Assembly: GCA_021773245.1 (NCBI GenBank)
Contig: JAJFKK010000004.1
Span: 1 to 63,330, forward strand
Reading direction: 5' to 3'
Source of the DNA: Gammaproteobacteria bacterium
Lineage (GTDB): Bacteria; Pseudomonadota; Gammaproteobacteria; Eutrophobiales; Eutrophobiaceae
Length of the DNA stretch: 63,330 nt
Shown: one piece after another, positions 41,232 to 51,803 of the stretch
Numbering within the stretch: the first letter of the stretch is position 1
Layout of the letters: each line of letters opens with the position of its first letter
The notes under the pieces: model-generated
Databases searched by the model: none
What the model was told of the DNA's origin: nothing
What the model saw: the letters and a program-made list of their open reading frames with translations, nothing else
Made by a program: the position numbers and the translations under genes

Positions 41232-43334
41232 ATGAGCGTGGTAACAAAAGAATTTCAATTCGGTAGTCATAAAGTCACTTTAGAAACAGGCAGAATAGCC
41301 AGACAAGCAGACGGTGCTGTTATGGTTAGTATGGGGGACACTGTTGTATTGGTCACCTGTGTTGCTAAAAAACAAGCAAGGGAAGGGCAAGATTTCTTTC
41401 CATTAACAGTTGATTATCAAGAAAAGAATTATGCTGCAGGTAGAATACCGGGTGGTTTTTTCAAAAGAGAAGGTCGTCCTTCAGAGAAAGAAACCTTAAC
41501 TTGTCGGTTAATTGATCGACCTATTCGACCTCTTTTTCCAAAAGGGTTTAAAAACGAAGTTCAGATCATTGTGACTGTCATGTCGCTTGACCCAGAGATT
41601 AATCCTGATATCCCGGCAATTATCGGTGCTTCGGCAGCAATTAGTCTTACTGGTGCACCTTTTAGTGGGCCTGTAGGTGCTGCTCGTGTTGGTTATATTG
41701 ATGGACAGTACGTACTCAACCCATCACTTACAGAATTAGAAGACTCTCAACTGGAACTGGTTGTTGCTGGTACCGATACATCAGTACTGATGGTTGAATC
41801 TGAAGCAAAGCAGTTATCTGAAGATATTATGTTAGGCGCTGTCATGTTTGGACATGAGAGTTTTCAAGTTGTTATTGAAAACATAAGAGCGATGGCTGAA
41901 GAAGCAAATACTAAATCTTGGGATTGGGTTGCTAAAGATAAAGACGAAGCACTCGAAAGCGAAATTCAATCACGTGCAGGAGATCTTGTGCGAGAAGCTT
42001 ATAGCATTCAAGATAAACTTGAACGTAAAGAACGTTTAAGTGAAATCAAGAAAGAAGTTGTTGAAGGCATGACCGAAGGTGAAGATCCTCAATGGTCGGC
42101 TGCTGTCATTGTTGGCGCTATAGAATCACTGGAAAGTCATATTGTTCGTAGCAGTGTACTGTCTGGTGAAAATCGTATTGATGGTCGTGATTCAAAAACG
42201 ATTCGACCGATTACTGTTGAAACAGGCGTATTACCTCGCACACATGGTTCTGCATTATTTACTCGCGGTGAAACACAGGCGATAGTTGTTGTTACTTTAG
42301 GTACACAACGTGATGCACAAATTATTGATGCAATTGAAGGTTCTTTTAAAGATCCATTCATGTTCCATTATAACTTCCCTCCATTTTGCGTGAATGAAAC
42401 CGGTCGTGTTGGTACGCCAAAACGTCGTGAGATTGGTCATGGACGTTTAGCCAAACGTGGCATTTTAGGTGTCATGCCTAATATGGAAGAATTCCCTTAC
42501 GCAATCCGTGTTGTTTCTGAAATTACCGAATCAAACGGATCAAGTTCTATGGCTTCAGTTTGTGGTAGTAGTTTGGCTCTAATGGATGCCGGTGTTGAAC
42601 TAGATGCGCCTGTTGCAGGTATTGCGATGGGCTTGATTAAAGATGACGATAAGTTTGTTGTCCTTTCTGACATCATGGGTGATGAAGATCATTTAGGAGA
42701 CATGGACTTTAAAGTGGCCGGTTCTGAAAAGGGCATTACTGCTTTGCAAATGGATATCAAAATTGATGGTATCACTAAAGAAATCATGGAAGTTGCACTA
42801 CATCAAGCACAGGAAGGACGTTTACATATTCTTGGTAAGATGAATGCCGTGCTATCTAATCACAATGAAGAAATGTCTGAATTTGCTCCACGTATTACTA
42901 CAATCAAAATTCATCCTGACAAAATTCGTGATGTTATCGGTAAAGGTGGTGCAACGATTCGCGCTATTTGTGAAGAAACCGGCGCAACCGTTGATATCGA
43001 TGATGATGGTACGGTTAAGATTGCTGCTACCGATAAAGCTGCAGGTGATGCAGCGCTGAAACGTGTTGAACAAATTACTGCTGATATCGAAGTAGGTAAA
43101 ATTTACGAAGGTAAAGTTGCCAAGTTGATGGACTTCGGTGCTTTCGTCAATATTCTTCCTGGTAAAGATGGCTTGGTTCATATTTCACAAATCTGTGAAG
43201 AACGCGTTGAGAATGTTAGCGATAAGCTCAGCGAGGGCGATATGGTGCAAGTTAAAGTACTCGAAGTTGATAGACAAGGCCGTGTTCGTCTTAGTATGAA
43301 AGCGGTTAATGAGGAAGCGGCAGCTAGCGAATAA
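41232..43334 (+). CDS. pnp: Polyribonucleotide nucleotidyltransferase
   Basis: [22 protein letters not shown] and GDMDFK; KH and S1 domains. Confidence 0.98.
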   Translation: MSVVTKEFQFGSHKVTLETGRIARQADGAVMVSMGDTVVLVTCVAKKQAREGQDFFPLTVDYQEKNYAAGRIPGGFFKREGRPSEKETLTCRLIDRPIRPLFPKGFKNEVQIIVTVMSLDPEINPDIPAIIGASAAISLTGAPFSGPVGAARVGYIDGQYVLNPSLTELEDSQLELVVAGTDTSVLMVESEAKQLSEDIMLGAVMFGHESFQVVIENIRAMAEEANTKSWDWVAKDKDEALESEIQSRAGDLVREAYSIQDKLERKERLSEIKKEVVEGMTEGEDPQWSAAVIVGAIESLESHIVRSSVLSGENRIDGRDSKTIRPITVETGVLPRTHGSALFTRGETQAIVVVTLGTQRDAQIIDAIEGSFKDPFMFHYNFPPFCVNETGRVGTPKRREIGHGRLAKRGILGVMPNMEEFPYAIRVVSEITESNGSSSMASVCGSSLALMDAGVELDAPVAGIAMGLIKDDDKFVVLSDIMGDEDHLGDMDFKVAGSEKGITALQMDIKIDGITKEIMEVALHQAQEGRLHILGKMNAVLSNHNEEMSEFAPRITTIKIHPDKIRDVIGKGGATIRAICEETGATVDIDDDGTVKIAATDKAAGDAALKRVEQITADIEVGKIYEGKVAKLMDFGAFVNILPGKDGLVHISQICEERVENVSDKLSEGDMVQVKVLEVDRQGRVRLSMKAVNEEAAASE

Positions 43335-43357
43335 GTTTTTTCCTTAAGCAATAAATC

Positions 43358-43384
43358 AAAAAAGGGCCTTTAGGCCCTTTTTTT
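43358..43384 (+). terminator. Intrinsic terminator after pnp
   Basis: AAAAAAGGGCC-TTTA-GGCCCTTTTTTT. Confidence 0.88.
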
Positions 43385-43401
43385 ATGTCTATGGATAAAC
43401 T

Positions 43402-43479
43402 GGTCAAAAAATTGCTCCTCGGCTTTAGCTTCCCTGCGTCGCACTACCTCCTCCATCCCTGGAGTCGTACTTTTTTGCA
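43402..43479 (-). repeat. Nested hairpin micro-elements (49-bp element at 43419-43467 inside a host hairpin)
   Basis: Minus strand reads GCAAAAAAGTA[CGACTCCAGGGATGGAGGAGGTAG...GCCGA]GGAGCAATTTTTTGAC; the host resembles 18891-18918. Confidence 0.75.
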
Positions 43480-43496
43480 TAGATTCTAAATCGATT

Positions 43497-43525
43497 TAAC
43501 CCGATCTGTATTTTAAGACGTTCTT
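43497..43525 (+). promoter_or_regulatory. Putative ECF autoregulatory promoter
   Basis: TAACCCG-N15-CGTTCTT (AAC/CGT ECF pattern), about 45 bp upstream of the ECF sigma gene. Confidence 0.5.
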
Positions 43526-43571
43526 ACTAAGAACTAGTCATAAGCTAGCTATTGGGGATACACTTTATGCA

Positions 43572-44129
43572 ATGGATAACGATGTATCAGATGAAAGTCT
43601 AATGATGAGCTATGCCTCAGGTGACACTGCGGCGTTTGAGACGTTATATCTGCGACATAAAGGTCCAGTCTATCGTTATGTGCTTAACCTTTGCCGTAAT
43701 GAAGCTATTGCGGAAGAATTATTTCAGGAAGTCTGGATGAAATTAATTAACTCCAGAGAAAGGTATGAAGTTAAGGCAAAGTTTACAACATATCTTTATA
43801 AACTGGCTCATAACCAATTTATTGATCATTATCGAAAGCAAAATGTCAGGATAGTGGTTGACCAATCAGTTGAAGTAGATGAAGTTGAACAGGAGCCATT
43901 ACAACGAAATAATCCTGAAAAGCAAACGCAAACAAACCAAACTATTAATAAGTTAAGTGAATTACTGCAATCATTGCCAAATGAGCAACAAGAAGTATTC
44001 ATATTAAGGGAAGAGGCGGGAATGAGTGTTCCTGAGATTGCAGAGACGTTAGGTATTAATCAGGAAGCGGCAAAGAGTCGTCTTCGGTATGCAATAAATA
44101 AATTACGCGCAGGCTTGAACGACGAATAA
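43572..44129 (+). CDS. ECF RNA polymerase sigma factor
   Basis: SDE.LM..Y..GD..AFE.LY, AEELFQEVW and EIAE....AAKSRLRYA. Confidence 0.92.
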   Translation: MDNDVSDESLMMSYASGDTAAFETLYLRHKGPVYRYVLNLCRNEAIAEELFQEVWMKLINSRERYEVKAKFTTYLYKLAHNQFIDHYRKQNVRIVVDQSVEVDEVEQEPLQRNNPEKQTQTNQTINKLSELLQSLPNEQQEVFILREEAGMSVPEIAETLGINQEAAKSRLRYAINKLRAGLNDE

Positions 44130-44132
44130 GTT

Positions 44133-44954
44133 ATGACGAATAACAATCAAAATGATAAAGAATTAAATGATTATCTGGATGGCGATTCAGATTTATCAAA
44201 AGCTTATCGTGGACAAAATAATGTAGAACCATCTGTGCAACTGGATGAAAAAATATTGTCTGCTGCAAAAAAAGCAGTTAGTAATAACAGGCATGGAGAG
44301 AAACCGCGATATCATAAATCACCGTGGACATTACCCGTATCTATAGCTGCGATGATAACTTTGAGTGTTAGTCTGGTAGTCACAATGCAACAGGAAACAG
44401 GCCAACCATTAATAAGTGAGCCTGAAGTTGAAATGTTTGATTCCGCAGCCGTAATCGAAGAGTCAGCAATGTCTGTAATGACAAGTAAAGATGATTCATC
44501 AGTCACAGGTGAAGTTGAACTAAAGCAAAGTAATGGTAGACGCGTTGATGCTCCAGCGTCAGCAGCATTAGGTGCAGCAGCAGACTTTTATCGTGCAGAA
44601 GAAAAAACAGAAACCCCGCAAGCGAGAATGAAAGCATTGCCAGCGAAAAAAATGATGCTAAAGGAAAAAGCGCGTTCAGATTCAGAAATTATAGAAAAAA
44701 GACAGTATTCAGATGACAAAATAAAAGTTATTGAAGCAGGGCAAACAGGCTTTGATGAAATTGAACTTGATGCTATGACAATTCAATCGGAAAGCGATGA
44801 ATTGAAAATAATAAAAAAATTATGGGACGCAGGTGAGTTTGCTGCGGCAAAAGAAGCCTTTAATAAATTTAAAACTGAATATCCTGATATTTCTGAAGAA
44901 AGTATAAAGGATTCACTAGGGACTAATGTATACGATGAATTACTTGAATTTTAA
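44133..44954 (+). CDS. Putative membrane anti-sigma factor
   Basis: EPS..LD..IL.AA, one TM helix, C-terminal A...F...YP; 3 nt downstream of the ECF sigma. Confidence 0.65.
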   Translation: MTNNNQNDKELNDYLDGDSDLSKAYRGQNNVEPSVQLDEKILSAAKKAVSNNRHGEKPRYHKSPWTLPVSIAAMITLSVSLVVTMQQETGQPLISEPEVEMFDSAAVIEESAMSVMTSKDDSSVTGEVELKQSNGRRVDAPASAALGAAADFYRAEEKTETPQARMKALPAKKMMLKEKARSDSEIIEKRQYSDDKIKVIEAGQTGFDEIELDAMTIQSESDELKIIKKLWDAGEFAAAKEAFNKFKTEYPDISEESIKDSLGTNVYDELLEF

Positions 44955-45152
44955 TTTCAAAAAGCTATTTAAAATTGATGTTTAACTTGCCAATGATTAG
45001 CAATTTATTGACTATATTCGTTTAGTTTTGATCTGTATCAATAATAATAATGCAATGATCTTCTATAAATAAATAGATAAATTAAATCTACAGTGAATAT
45101 TTGATGGTACCTAACAACTTATTCGCTAAGTTTACTATTAACGGAAAAAATT

Positions 45153-46016
45153 ATGACTAAGAAAAAAGCAGTTAAAAAACCAATTAAAAAAGCAGATGCC
45201 TATCATGAGGATGACCCAAGACTGAAAGGAGAGAAAGAGGAAAAACTATCGAAAAAGTTTTACGAGAAAGAGTTGTTTCGGCTTCAAGTGGAACTGGTTA
45301 AGCTCCAGGAATGGGTGAAGGAGAAAAAGCTTAAAGTTGTAATTGTATTTGAAGGTCGTGATGCCGCCGGTAAAGGGGGGGTAATAAAGCGTATTATGCA
45401 ACACATGAACCCTCGAATCTGTAATATCGTTGCATTACCTGCACCTACGGAACGAGAAAAAACACAGTGGTACTTTCAACGCTATACTGCGCATTTACCA
45501 GCAGCGGGTGAGATCGCACTATTTGACCGGAGCTGGTATAACCGCGCTGGAGTTGAGAGGGTAATGGAGTTCTGTACCGAAGATGAATATCAGGAGTTTT
45601 TGCGTTTCTGCCCGGAATTCGAATGCTCGTTGGTGCGCTCCGGGATTATCCTTATCAAGTATTGGTTTTCGGTGAGTAATGTTGAGCAGGAGCAACGTTT
45701 TAAGGCTCGTGCTTTGGAAAGACATAAACTCTGGAAACTAAGTCCGATGGATATGGAATCCAGATCACGTTGGATGGATTACTCCAAGTGTAAGGATGAT
45801 ATGTTTTTCAATACAGATATCCCACAGGCACCCTGGTACGTTGTTCCTTCAGATGATAAGAAACGCGCTCGATTGAATTGTATTTCTCATCTGCTGAATG
45901 TGATTCCATATAAGGATTTGAAGCCCGTTGTCCCGAAAATTCCTCCGTTAAAGGAAGGAAAAGGTTATAAACGCTCGGCGATGCATACACAAACATTTGT
46001 ACCGAAAAAATATTAA
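45153..46016 (+). CDS. ppk2: Polyphosphate kinase 2
   Basis: FEGRDAAGKGG, FDRSWYNRAG and DDKKRARLN. Confidence 0.95.
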   Translation: MTKKKAVKKPIKKADAYHEDDPRLKGEKEEKLSKKFYEKELFRLQVELVKLQEWVKEKKLKVVIVFEGRDAAGKGGVIKRIMQHMNPRICNIVALPAPTEREKTQWYFQRYTAHLPAAGEIALFDRSWYNRAGVERVMEFCTEDEYQEFLRFCPEFECSLVRSGIILIKYWFSVSNVEQEQRFKARALERHKLWKLSPMDMESRSRWMDYSKCKDDMFFNTDIPQAPWYVVPSDDKKRARLNCISHLLNVIPYKDLKPVVPKIPPLKEGKGYKRSAMHTQTFVPKKY

Positions 46017-46089
46017 TTAGTTTTGAATAATTCGTAATTAAAAATTGTTTTGGGTTAGCAGTGTCACTTTTTTATTTTGGCTGAACTAT

Positions 46090-46119
46090 AAAAAAAGAGC
46101 CATGCGAGTGCATGGCTCT
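46090..46119 (-). terminator. Terminator of the peroxiredoxin gene
   Basis: AGAGCCATGC-GAGT-GCATGGCTCT with an A-run on the left (T-tail on the minus strand). Confidence 0.8.
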
Positions 46120-46157
46120 AATACTTAACTTACTGGATAAGGGAATATGTTAAGTCG

Positions 46158-46907
46158 TTATGCTGCTTTTTGTGACTTATCTTTCAAGTATGTTTCAAGC
46201 TCATCTGCGGTACCAATCAGATTTCCACCTATAAAAACTTGAGGTGTTGTTGTTGCTCCAGAGATTGCACGTAATGAACGACTGGTTATACCTTGTCCTA
46301 ATTCAATTTCTTCGTAAGGCATACCGTGCGCATCTAGTGTTTTTCTTGCTCGTTCACAATGGATACAACCTTTACGAGAAATAATTGATACGAATTCAGG
46401 TTTAACAGCATTTTCATTGATGTAGTTTAACATCGTGTCAGCATCGGATACTTCGAATGGGTCGCCTTCAACTTCTGGTTCGATAAACATTTTTTCAACT
46501 TTCTTATCTTTAACCAACATTGAATAGCGCCAAGAACGATCACCAAAACCAAGGTCTTTTTTACCTACCAACATTCCCATGCCATCGGTGAACTCACCAT
46601 TGCCATCAGGAAGTACAGTAATATTATTTGATTCCTGATTTTCCTTCCATGCATTCATCACAAAGGTATCGTTAACTGACAAACAAATTATTTCATCTAC
46701 GCCATTTTGTTTGAACACAGGTGCTAACTCATTAAATCGTGGTAAATGCGTGCTTGAGCAAGTTGGTGTAAATGCACCTGGTAGCGAAAATACAGCAACT
46801 GTTTTACCTGCAAATAATTCATCACTTGTTATGCTTTTCCATTCACCATTTTCAATGACACGAAATGTAACGTCAGGTATGTTTTGACCTTCTCTATTTT
46901 CTAACAT
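46158..46907 (-). CDS. Hybrid peroxiredoxin (Prx5)-glutaredoxin, Pgdx-like
   Basis: PGAFTPTCS, VNDTFVM.AW and RSWRYSM; Grx domain CIHC and TTPQVF. Confidence 0.92.
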   Translation of the reverse strand: MLENREGQNIPDVTFRVIENGEWKSITSDELFAGKTVAVFSLPGAFTPTCSSTHLPRFNELAPVFKQNGVDEIICLSVNDTFVMNAWKENQESNNITVLPDGNGEFTDGMGMLVGKKDLGFGDRSWRYSMLVKDKKVEKMFIEPEVEGDPFEVSDADTMLNYINENAVKPEFVSIISRKGCIHCERARKTLDAHGMPYEEIELGQGITSRSLRAISGATTTPQVFIGGNLIGTADELETYLKDKSQKAA

Positions 46908-46997
46908 TGGTTTTTCTCCTAAAAGGCTAGTTTTAAATTTCGGAGAACTTTAGTAGTAGAAGCATATTAATTAAAATTATTTTTTTTTATTAGGTAA

Positions 46998-47012
46998 ATA
47001 GAAAAAAACTAT
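46998..47012. promoter_or_regulatory. OxyR-type ATAG-N7-CTAT site
   Basis: ATAGAAAAAAACTAT about 90 bp upstream of the peroxiredoxin start. Confidence 0.5.
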
Positions 47013-47036
47013 CATGAGGTGCTTTAATGCCGAGGA

Positions 47037-47528
47037 TTAATGTAACTGGCTACTTGAAGCACTTTCTCCGTGTTTACCTAATTTCCATTCAGCGCGATCA
47101 ATGCTTTGCATGAGTAAAGAATAAAACATATAGAGTAGACTATCGTTGAGATTGTAGGTGATTCCTTGACCTGATTCCGATTGAATTATTAATACGAAAT
47201 TTCCCTGTTCGTCATTTCCTGTTTTTATACCGAAGGCGAGAACGCCATCTTCGCCTAAGGGATGTGTTTTTGTTGTTTCTTCAACATAAGGTTTTTCGAA
47301 AGCGCCTTCTTTGAAAAACTTTTTTGTTTCTTTTTGTGAGCTTAATGTTGTTGTGCCACCGCGTTTTTCAATTTCTGTATCGAAAATATTAACGAGTAAT
47401 TTTGCATATCGACGCGTTAACCAGATTAAATATTCGTCGTTATTCTTAGTTGATGTTCTTAATAATATACGATCTTCCTTGTTAGAATATTGCATATTAA
47501 TTTGGTGTAGTTGATTAGTTTCAGCCAC
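47037..47528 (-). CDS. Hypothetical protein
   Basis: 163-aa ORF starting 3 nt after the PQQ gene; EDRILLR and WLTRR motifs. Confidence 0.7.
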   Translation of the reverse strand: MAETNQLHQINMQYSNKEDRILLRTSTKNNDEYLIWLTRRYAKLLVNIFDTEIEKRGGTTTLSSQKETKKFFKEGAFEKPYVEETTKTHPLGEDGVLAFGIKTGNDEQGNFVLIIQSESGQGITYNLNDSLLYMFYSLLMQSIDRAEWKLGKHGESASSSQLH

Positions 47529-47531
47529 TTA

Positions 47532-49301
47532 TTACTCTTCCAATACGAAAGTTAATATCTCATCGCCTGTTTTATAGCCATATATCTTATTTCCACCTGC
47601 GGCGACGCTAATATATTGTTTCCCATTAATACTATATGTAATAGGCGGTGCATTTACGCCATAATCCGCTTTATATTGCCACAATGCTTTACCAGTATAT
47701 GCATCAAAGGCATTAAAGTTTTCATTTCCTTCACCTGTGAATACAATATTACCCGCGGTTGTTAATGCGCCTCCAACCATTGGATCATCTATCTTATTTT
47801 GCCACGCTATTTCACCTGTACTTGTATTAATTGCGGTGAATGTGCCCCAATCAGGTTCGCCGGTTTTTTGAAAGAATGTATAACTTTCCCAAGGTCTACC
47901 AGGTTGTGGATTTAATTGGCGTGAAATAAACAATGAAGGTTGATAAGTTCCTGAGATATAAGCCATATTCGTTTTCGGATTAAAAGCAACCGGTGACCAT
48001 GATGTTGCCCCAAGTGTTCCAGGAACGATACGTGTACCTTCTTCTGAAGGTAAGGCAAATAAATTTTCTTGTTGTATAAATGGCTCAGATTTACGAATTA
48101 ATTTTCCGGTTTCACGATCATGAATAAAAAACCAACCAAGTTTGCTCGCTTGACCAATTGCTTTGATTGTTTTGCCGTTATCATCGTAATCAAATAAAAC
48201 AGGTGGACTTGCGACATCATAGCCCCAACGGTCATGTGGTACTTGTTGGTAATACCAACGTAGCTTTCCTGTTTTTAATTCAAGTGCAACTAAGCTCACT
48301 GTATATAAGTTGTCACCGGGGCGAGTAGAACCATCCATTTGCGGAGAAGGGTTGCCTGTACCGATATACATTAGGCCCAATTCAGTATCGATAGCGGGTG
48401 TTGTCCAAATTGAACCACCGCCTAACTTCCAGGTGTCTGAATGTTTTTTAAATAGTTCTTTTTCTTTTGCAATATCTCTATTTAGTTTCGGACCGTAATC
48501 TAATTGCGTTGTCCATTGTCCTTCCCAACCTTCTTCTGGCACGCTATACCAGCGCCAAAGTTCTTCAGCTGATTCGATATCATATGCCACCATAAAACCA
48601 CGTAAGCCGTGCCCGCCACCAGAAAAACTACCAACAGATAAAATTTGTTCCCCATCTTTTTCTTGTTCAAGATGTAAGCCGTAACCAGCGCCTGTTATAC
48701 CAATATAGATAATGCCATCATAAATTTGTGGGGCTAAATTTGCGCTATATCCGGTTTGTCCTGTCTGTGTTGCGCCTTCAAATTCTTTTATATCAATAAC
48801 AGCATTTATTACTTCTGCTTTACCTGCTGAAGTATCTGTTATGGCTTTATCCCATATAACATTGCCGTTCTTTTTATCGAGTGCAATCAAACGACCATCA
48901 ATCGTGACTGTGTAAACTTTCCCATTAGCTAATGCTGGGCCACGATTAGCTGGGCCGCAACAAAAGTTATTACTTTTGAGTTGATGCTGGTAACGCCACA
49001 ACTCTTCGCCTGAAGATGCATCTAGTGCAACAACATCATTGAAGGGAGTTGTAATGTACATTATTCCATCTTCGACAAGTGGATTGGTTTGGAAGGTATT
49101 TTTTTTCCCCGTTTTATATTTCCAGGCAAGTTTTAACTTTGCTACATTACTTCGATTAATTTGTTTTAGCGGGCTATATCGCTGATTATTATATTCTCGT
49201 CCATATAATGACCAATCAGTATTTACTTTCATTTCGTCTGCCATGGCATAAGTCGGTACCAGAAGAAATAGAATAAAGACAATTTTTTTTCTTAAATACA
49301 T
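47532..49301 (-). CDS. PQQ-dependent dehydrogenase family beta-propeller (atypical active site)
   Basis: Signal peptide; QRYSPL.QIN..NV..L; CC..NRG; GGGSIW; GTGNP; W-docking repeats. Confidence 0.88.
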   Translation of the reverse strand: MYLRKKIVFILFLLVPTYAMADEMKVNTDWSLYGREYNNQRYSPLKQINRSNVAKLKLAWKYKTGKKNTFQTNPLVEDGIMYITTPFNDVVALDASSGEELWRYQHQLKSNNFCCGPANRGPALANGKVYTVTIDGRLIALDKKNGNVIWDKAITDTSAGKAEVINAVIDIKEFEGATQTGQTGYSANLAPQIYDGIIYIGITGAGYGLHLEQEKDGEQILSVGSFSGGGHGLRGFMVAYDIESAEELWRWYSVPEEGWEGQWTTQLDYGPKLNRDIAKEKELFKKHSDTWKLGGGSIWTTPAIDTELGLMYIGTGNPSPQMDGSTRPGDNLYTVSLVALELKTGKLRWYYQQVPHDRWGYDVASPPVLFDYDDNGKTIKAIGQASKLGWFFIHDRETGKLIRKSEPFIQQENLFALPSEEGTRIVPGTLGATSWSPVAFNPKTNMAYISGTYQPSLFISRQLNPQPGRPWESYTFFQKTGEPDWGTFTAINTSTGEIAWQNKIDDPMVGGALTTAGNIVFTGEGNENFNAFDAYTGKALWQYKADYGVNAPPITYSINGKQYISVAAGGNKIYGYKTGDEILTFVLEE

Positions 49302-49374
49302 TGTTTTCTCGGGAGTATGTTTTGTTAAAGTGTAACTGAGAATATAGGTTCATTGAAATAGAGTTATTATATTT

Positions 49375-50283
49375 ATGCAAAGTCGTAGTATTTTTCTTCT
49401 GCCTATTGGCGCAGTTTTAATTTCCTGTATTGCTATGCTTTATCCCTCGATATTAGTAGATGGTGGCAAAGCAATTGTGCCTTTATTAGGCCTAATTATG
49501 TTTTCGATGGGGCTAACATTAGAAGCATCTGACTTTAAACGAGTATTAAAGCAACCTAAATTAATATTTATTGGTGTAGCTTTACAATATATTGCGATGC
49601 CATTGATAGCTTTAATAATAGCAAAAATTTTAAATTTACCTGATCTTTTAACAGCAGGTTTAATCTTGCTTGGTGCTTGCCCTGGAGGAACCGCTTCTAA
49701 TGTAATCTGTTTTTTAGCTCGTGCAAATGTTGCGCTATCAGTTTCATTAACAGCAATGTCTACTTTGTTAGCAGTAGTCTTAACACCATTGCTGACCTTA
49801 CTTTATGTAGATAAAAGCATTGATGTGCCTGTACTTAATATGATTAAAAACTTATTTTTAATCGTAGTTTTTCCTGTTTTATCGGGTGTCCTGATCAATA
49901 CGTACTTTCATCGACGACTTAATAATATTAAGTCATATTTACCACTGATTTCTGTAATATCAATTATCTTTATAATCGGTGTTATTGTTGCTAAAAATCA
50001 ATCACAGCTATTTGACCTAGGTTTGTTGTTATTTTGTGCAATAGCTTTGCATAATTTATTCGGCCTAATTGCCGGTTATAGTATTCCTAAACTATTGGGT
50101 TACGATGAAATGACCTGTAAAACGCTTTCAATCGAGGTTGGCATGCAAAACTCAGGGTTAGCCGTTGTCTTAGCCAATCAATATTTTTCTATTGTGGCAG
50201 CATTGCCTGCTGCATTGTTTAGTATTTGGCATAATGTTACAGGTTCAGTTTTAGCTGCTTATTGGTCTAAGGCAGATGATTGA
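49375..50283 (+). CDS. Bile acid:sodium symporter family (PanS-like)
   Basis: MFSMGLTL, CPGGTASNV, EVGMQNSGLA and FSIWHN. Confidence 0.9.
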   Translation: MQSRSIFLLPIGAVLISCIAMLYPSILVDGGKAIVPLLGLIMFSMGLTLEASDFKRVLKQPKLIFIGVALQYIAMPLIALIIAKILNLPDLLTAGLILLGACPGGTASNVICFLARANVALSVSLTAMSTLLAVVLTPLLTLLYVDKSIDVPVLNMIKNLFLIVVFPVLSGVLINTYFHRRLNNIKSYLPLISVISIIFIIGVIVAKNQSQLFDLGLLLFCAIALHNLFGLIAGYSIPKLLGYDEMTCKTLSIEVGMQNSGLAVVLANQYFSIVAALPAALFSIWHNVTGSVLAAYWSKADD

Positions 50284-50986
50284 AATAAAGAACATTAAAA
50301 CTATTTGTTTATTTCTTTCATTACTCTGTGTCGGATGTTCAAAAAATGAAAATTCTTATTTCCCATTAACTAAAGGATATAAGTGGCAATATGATGTTGC
50401 ATTAACAACGCGGGACGGGTTACAAAAGCAAAAATATATTTTTAATAATCTTGGTAAAGGTGATTTAAATGGTGTCTCTGTCTATATGCGTGAATCGCTA
50501 GATGGTTCAGTTTTATATTATTCAATTTCAGATGACGGCATATATTATTTAGGAAATAGAGATAGTCAAAGCATTCATTCAGAGTTCAATGAAGATAAGC
50601 AACTTGTTCTTCCTGAAGAATTATCTGTCGGCACAGAATGGGAATATACAACTATAACCAAGTTACTGAAAAAAACAGGACCTCCGCAAAAGACCGAGTT
50701 TGAAATATTGGCTGAAGTTCCATTAGAAATAAAAATTGAATCATTAAATGAAACGGTGATTGTGCCTGCAGGGCGTTTCATTAATTGTATGAAAATTTCA
50801 ATGAGTGGTTTTGCTTTTAAAGATGCGGGAAATTATATTGGATTAACTATGGTGAGTGTTAAACAGATGAATTGGTATGCATCTGGAATTGGATTGGTCA
50901 AGATGGAGCGATTAGAAACAACAGAGCGCAAAGCTTTGGACAAAGGTTCATTATTAATTGAATTAGCTAAGTTTGAGTCGGGTTAA
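50276..50986 (+). CDS. Hypothetical lipoprotein
   Basis: Lipobox CVGC; YFPL..G..W.Y, V.VPAG.F..C and WYA.GIGLVK. Confidence 0.7.
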   Translation: MIEIKNIKTICLFLSLLCVGCSKNENSYFPLTKGYKWQYDVALTTRDGLQKQKYIFNNLGKGDLNGVSVYMRESLDGSVLYYSISDDGIYYLGNRDSQSIHSEFNEDKQLVLPEELSVGTEWEYTTITKLLKKTGPPQKTEFEILAEVPLEIKIESLNETVIVPAGRFINCMKISMSGFAFKDAGNYIGLTMVSVKQMNWYASGIGLVKMERLETTERKALDKGSLLIELAKFESG

Positions 50987-50988
50987 AT

Positions 50989-51564
50989 TTACTTTGTAAC
51001 TCTTAAATCAATAATTCGTTCTTCAGTAACCAAAATATCAAGTGGCATATCGGTTTTCTCTAACGGTAATTTATCAACAATTTGAATTTCAAAAGCAATT
51101 CCAATTTTTGTTTTCACTTTATTTCTTGAAAACCAACGATCATAATATCCTCTTCCATAACCGAGTCGCTCTCCCCGTTCTGTAAAACCGAGTCCAGGCG
51201 TAATTGCAATATCAAAAGGATCTGATGCTGCTTGACTAGATTTTGGCGTCAAGATACCCATTTCGTCAGGTTCTAAATCTGATAAATTATCTAATGAAAC
51301 AGCACGCATTTCGGTTTTCCCCATGATTTTGGGTACTGCTAGAGCCAATTTTCGCTCTAAAAAGTCCGATATCAGTGCTTGCGTTTCAACTTCACTTAAA
51401 TAGGATATGTAGCAAAAAAGGCTTTTTGCTTGAATAAATTCATCTATTTCATGTAAAAATTGATGAATTTGTTGACTCATCTTGGTACGACTGTTTACAG
51501 GGAGCTCGGAACGACGCTTTTTTATCTCATCTCTGAGTTGCTTTTTTTGTTCATGTAAACTCAT
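50989..51564 (-). CDS. 5-formyltetrahydrofolate cyclo-ligase
   Basis: K..LR, PGLGF..G.RLGYGRGYYDR and D..VTE. Confidence 0.92.
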   Translation of the reverse strand: MSLHEQKKQLRDEIKKRRSELPVNSRTKMSQQIHQFLHEIDEFIQAKSLFCYISYLSEVETQALISDFLERKLALAVPKIMGKTEMRAVSLDNLSDLEPDEMGILTPKSSQAASDPFDIAITPGLGFTERGERLGYGRGYYDRWFSRNKVKTKIGIAFEIQIVDKLPLEKTDMPLDILVTEERIIDLRVTK

Positions 51565-51803
51565 AGGTAATTATTAAAAAGCTATATTATTCAGTAGTAT
51601 ATGTGATTATTCTAAATGTTAAATTATTATCTAATTTGGTGTTTTTGTATATGGTTTTAACAACTATACTTAATCACATTCTACATGGCGTAAAAGTACT
51701 GTCTTTACTTTCTTTTTCGACGTTTTTACGTACAATAGCGCCTTTTTTCGAGCGGATACTTTCGTCCGCAGTAATTCAGAATTTTATAGAGGTCATCAGA
51801 CAG

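Noticed and set aside
51565-51803. 6S RNA upstream of 5-formyl-THF cyclo-ligase; long N-terminal extension of rpsP
   Set aside because: The region is an AT-rich divergent promoter with no recognisable 6S hairpin. S16 starts at 51804.
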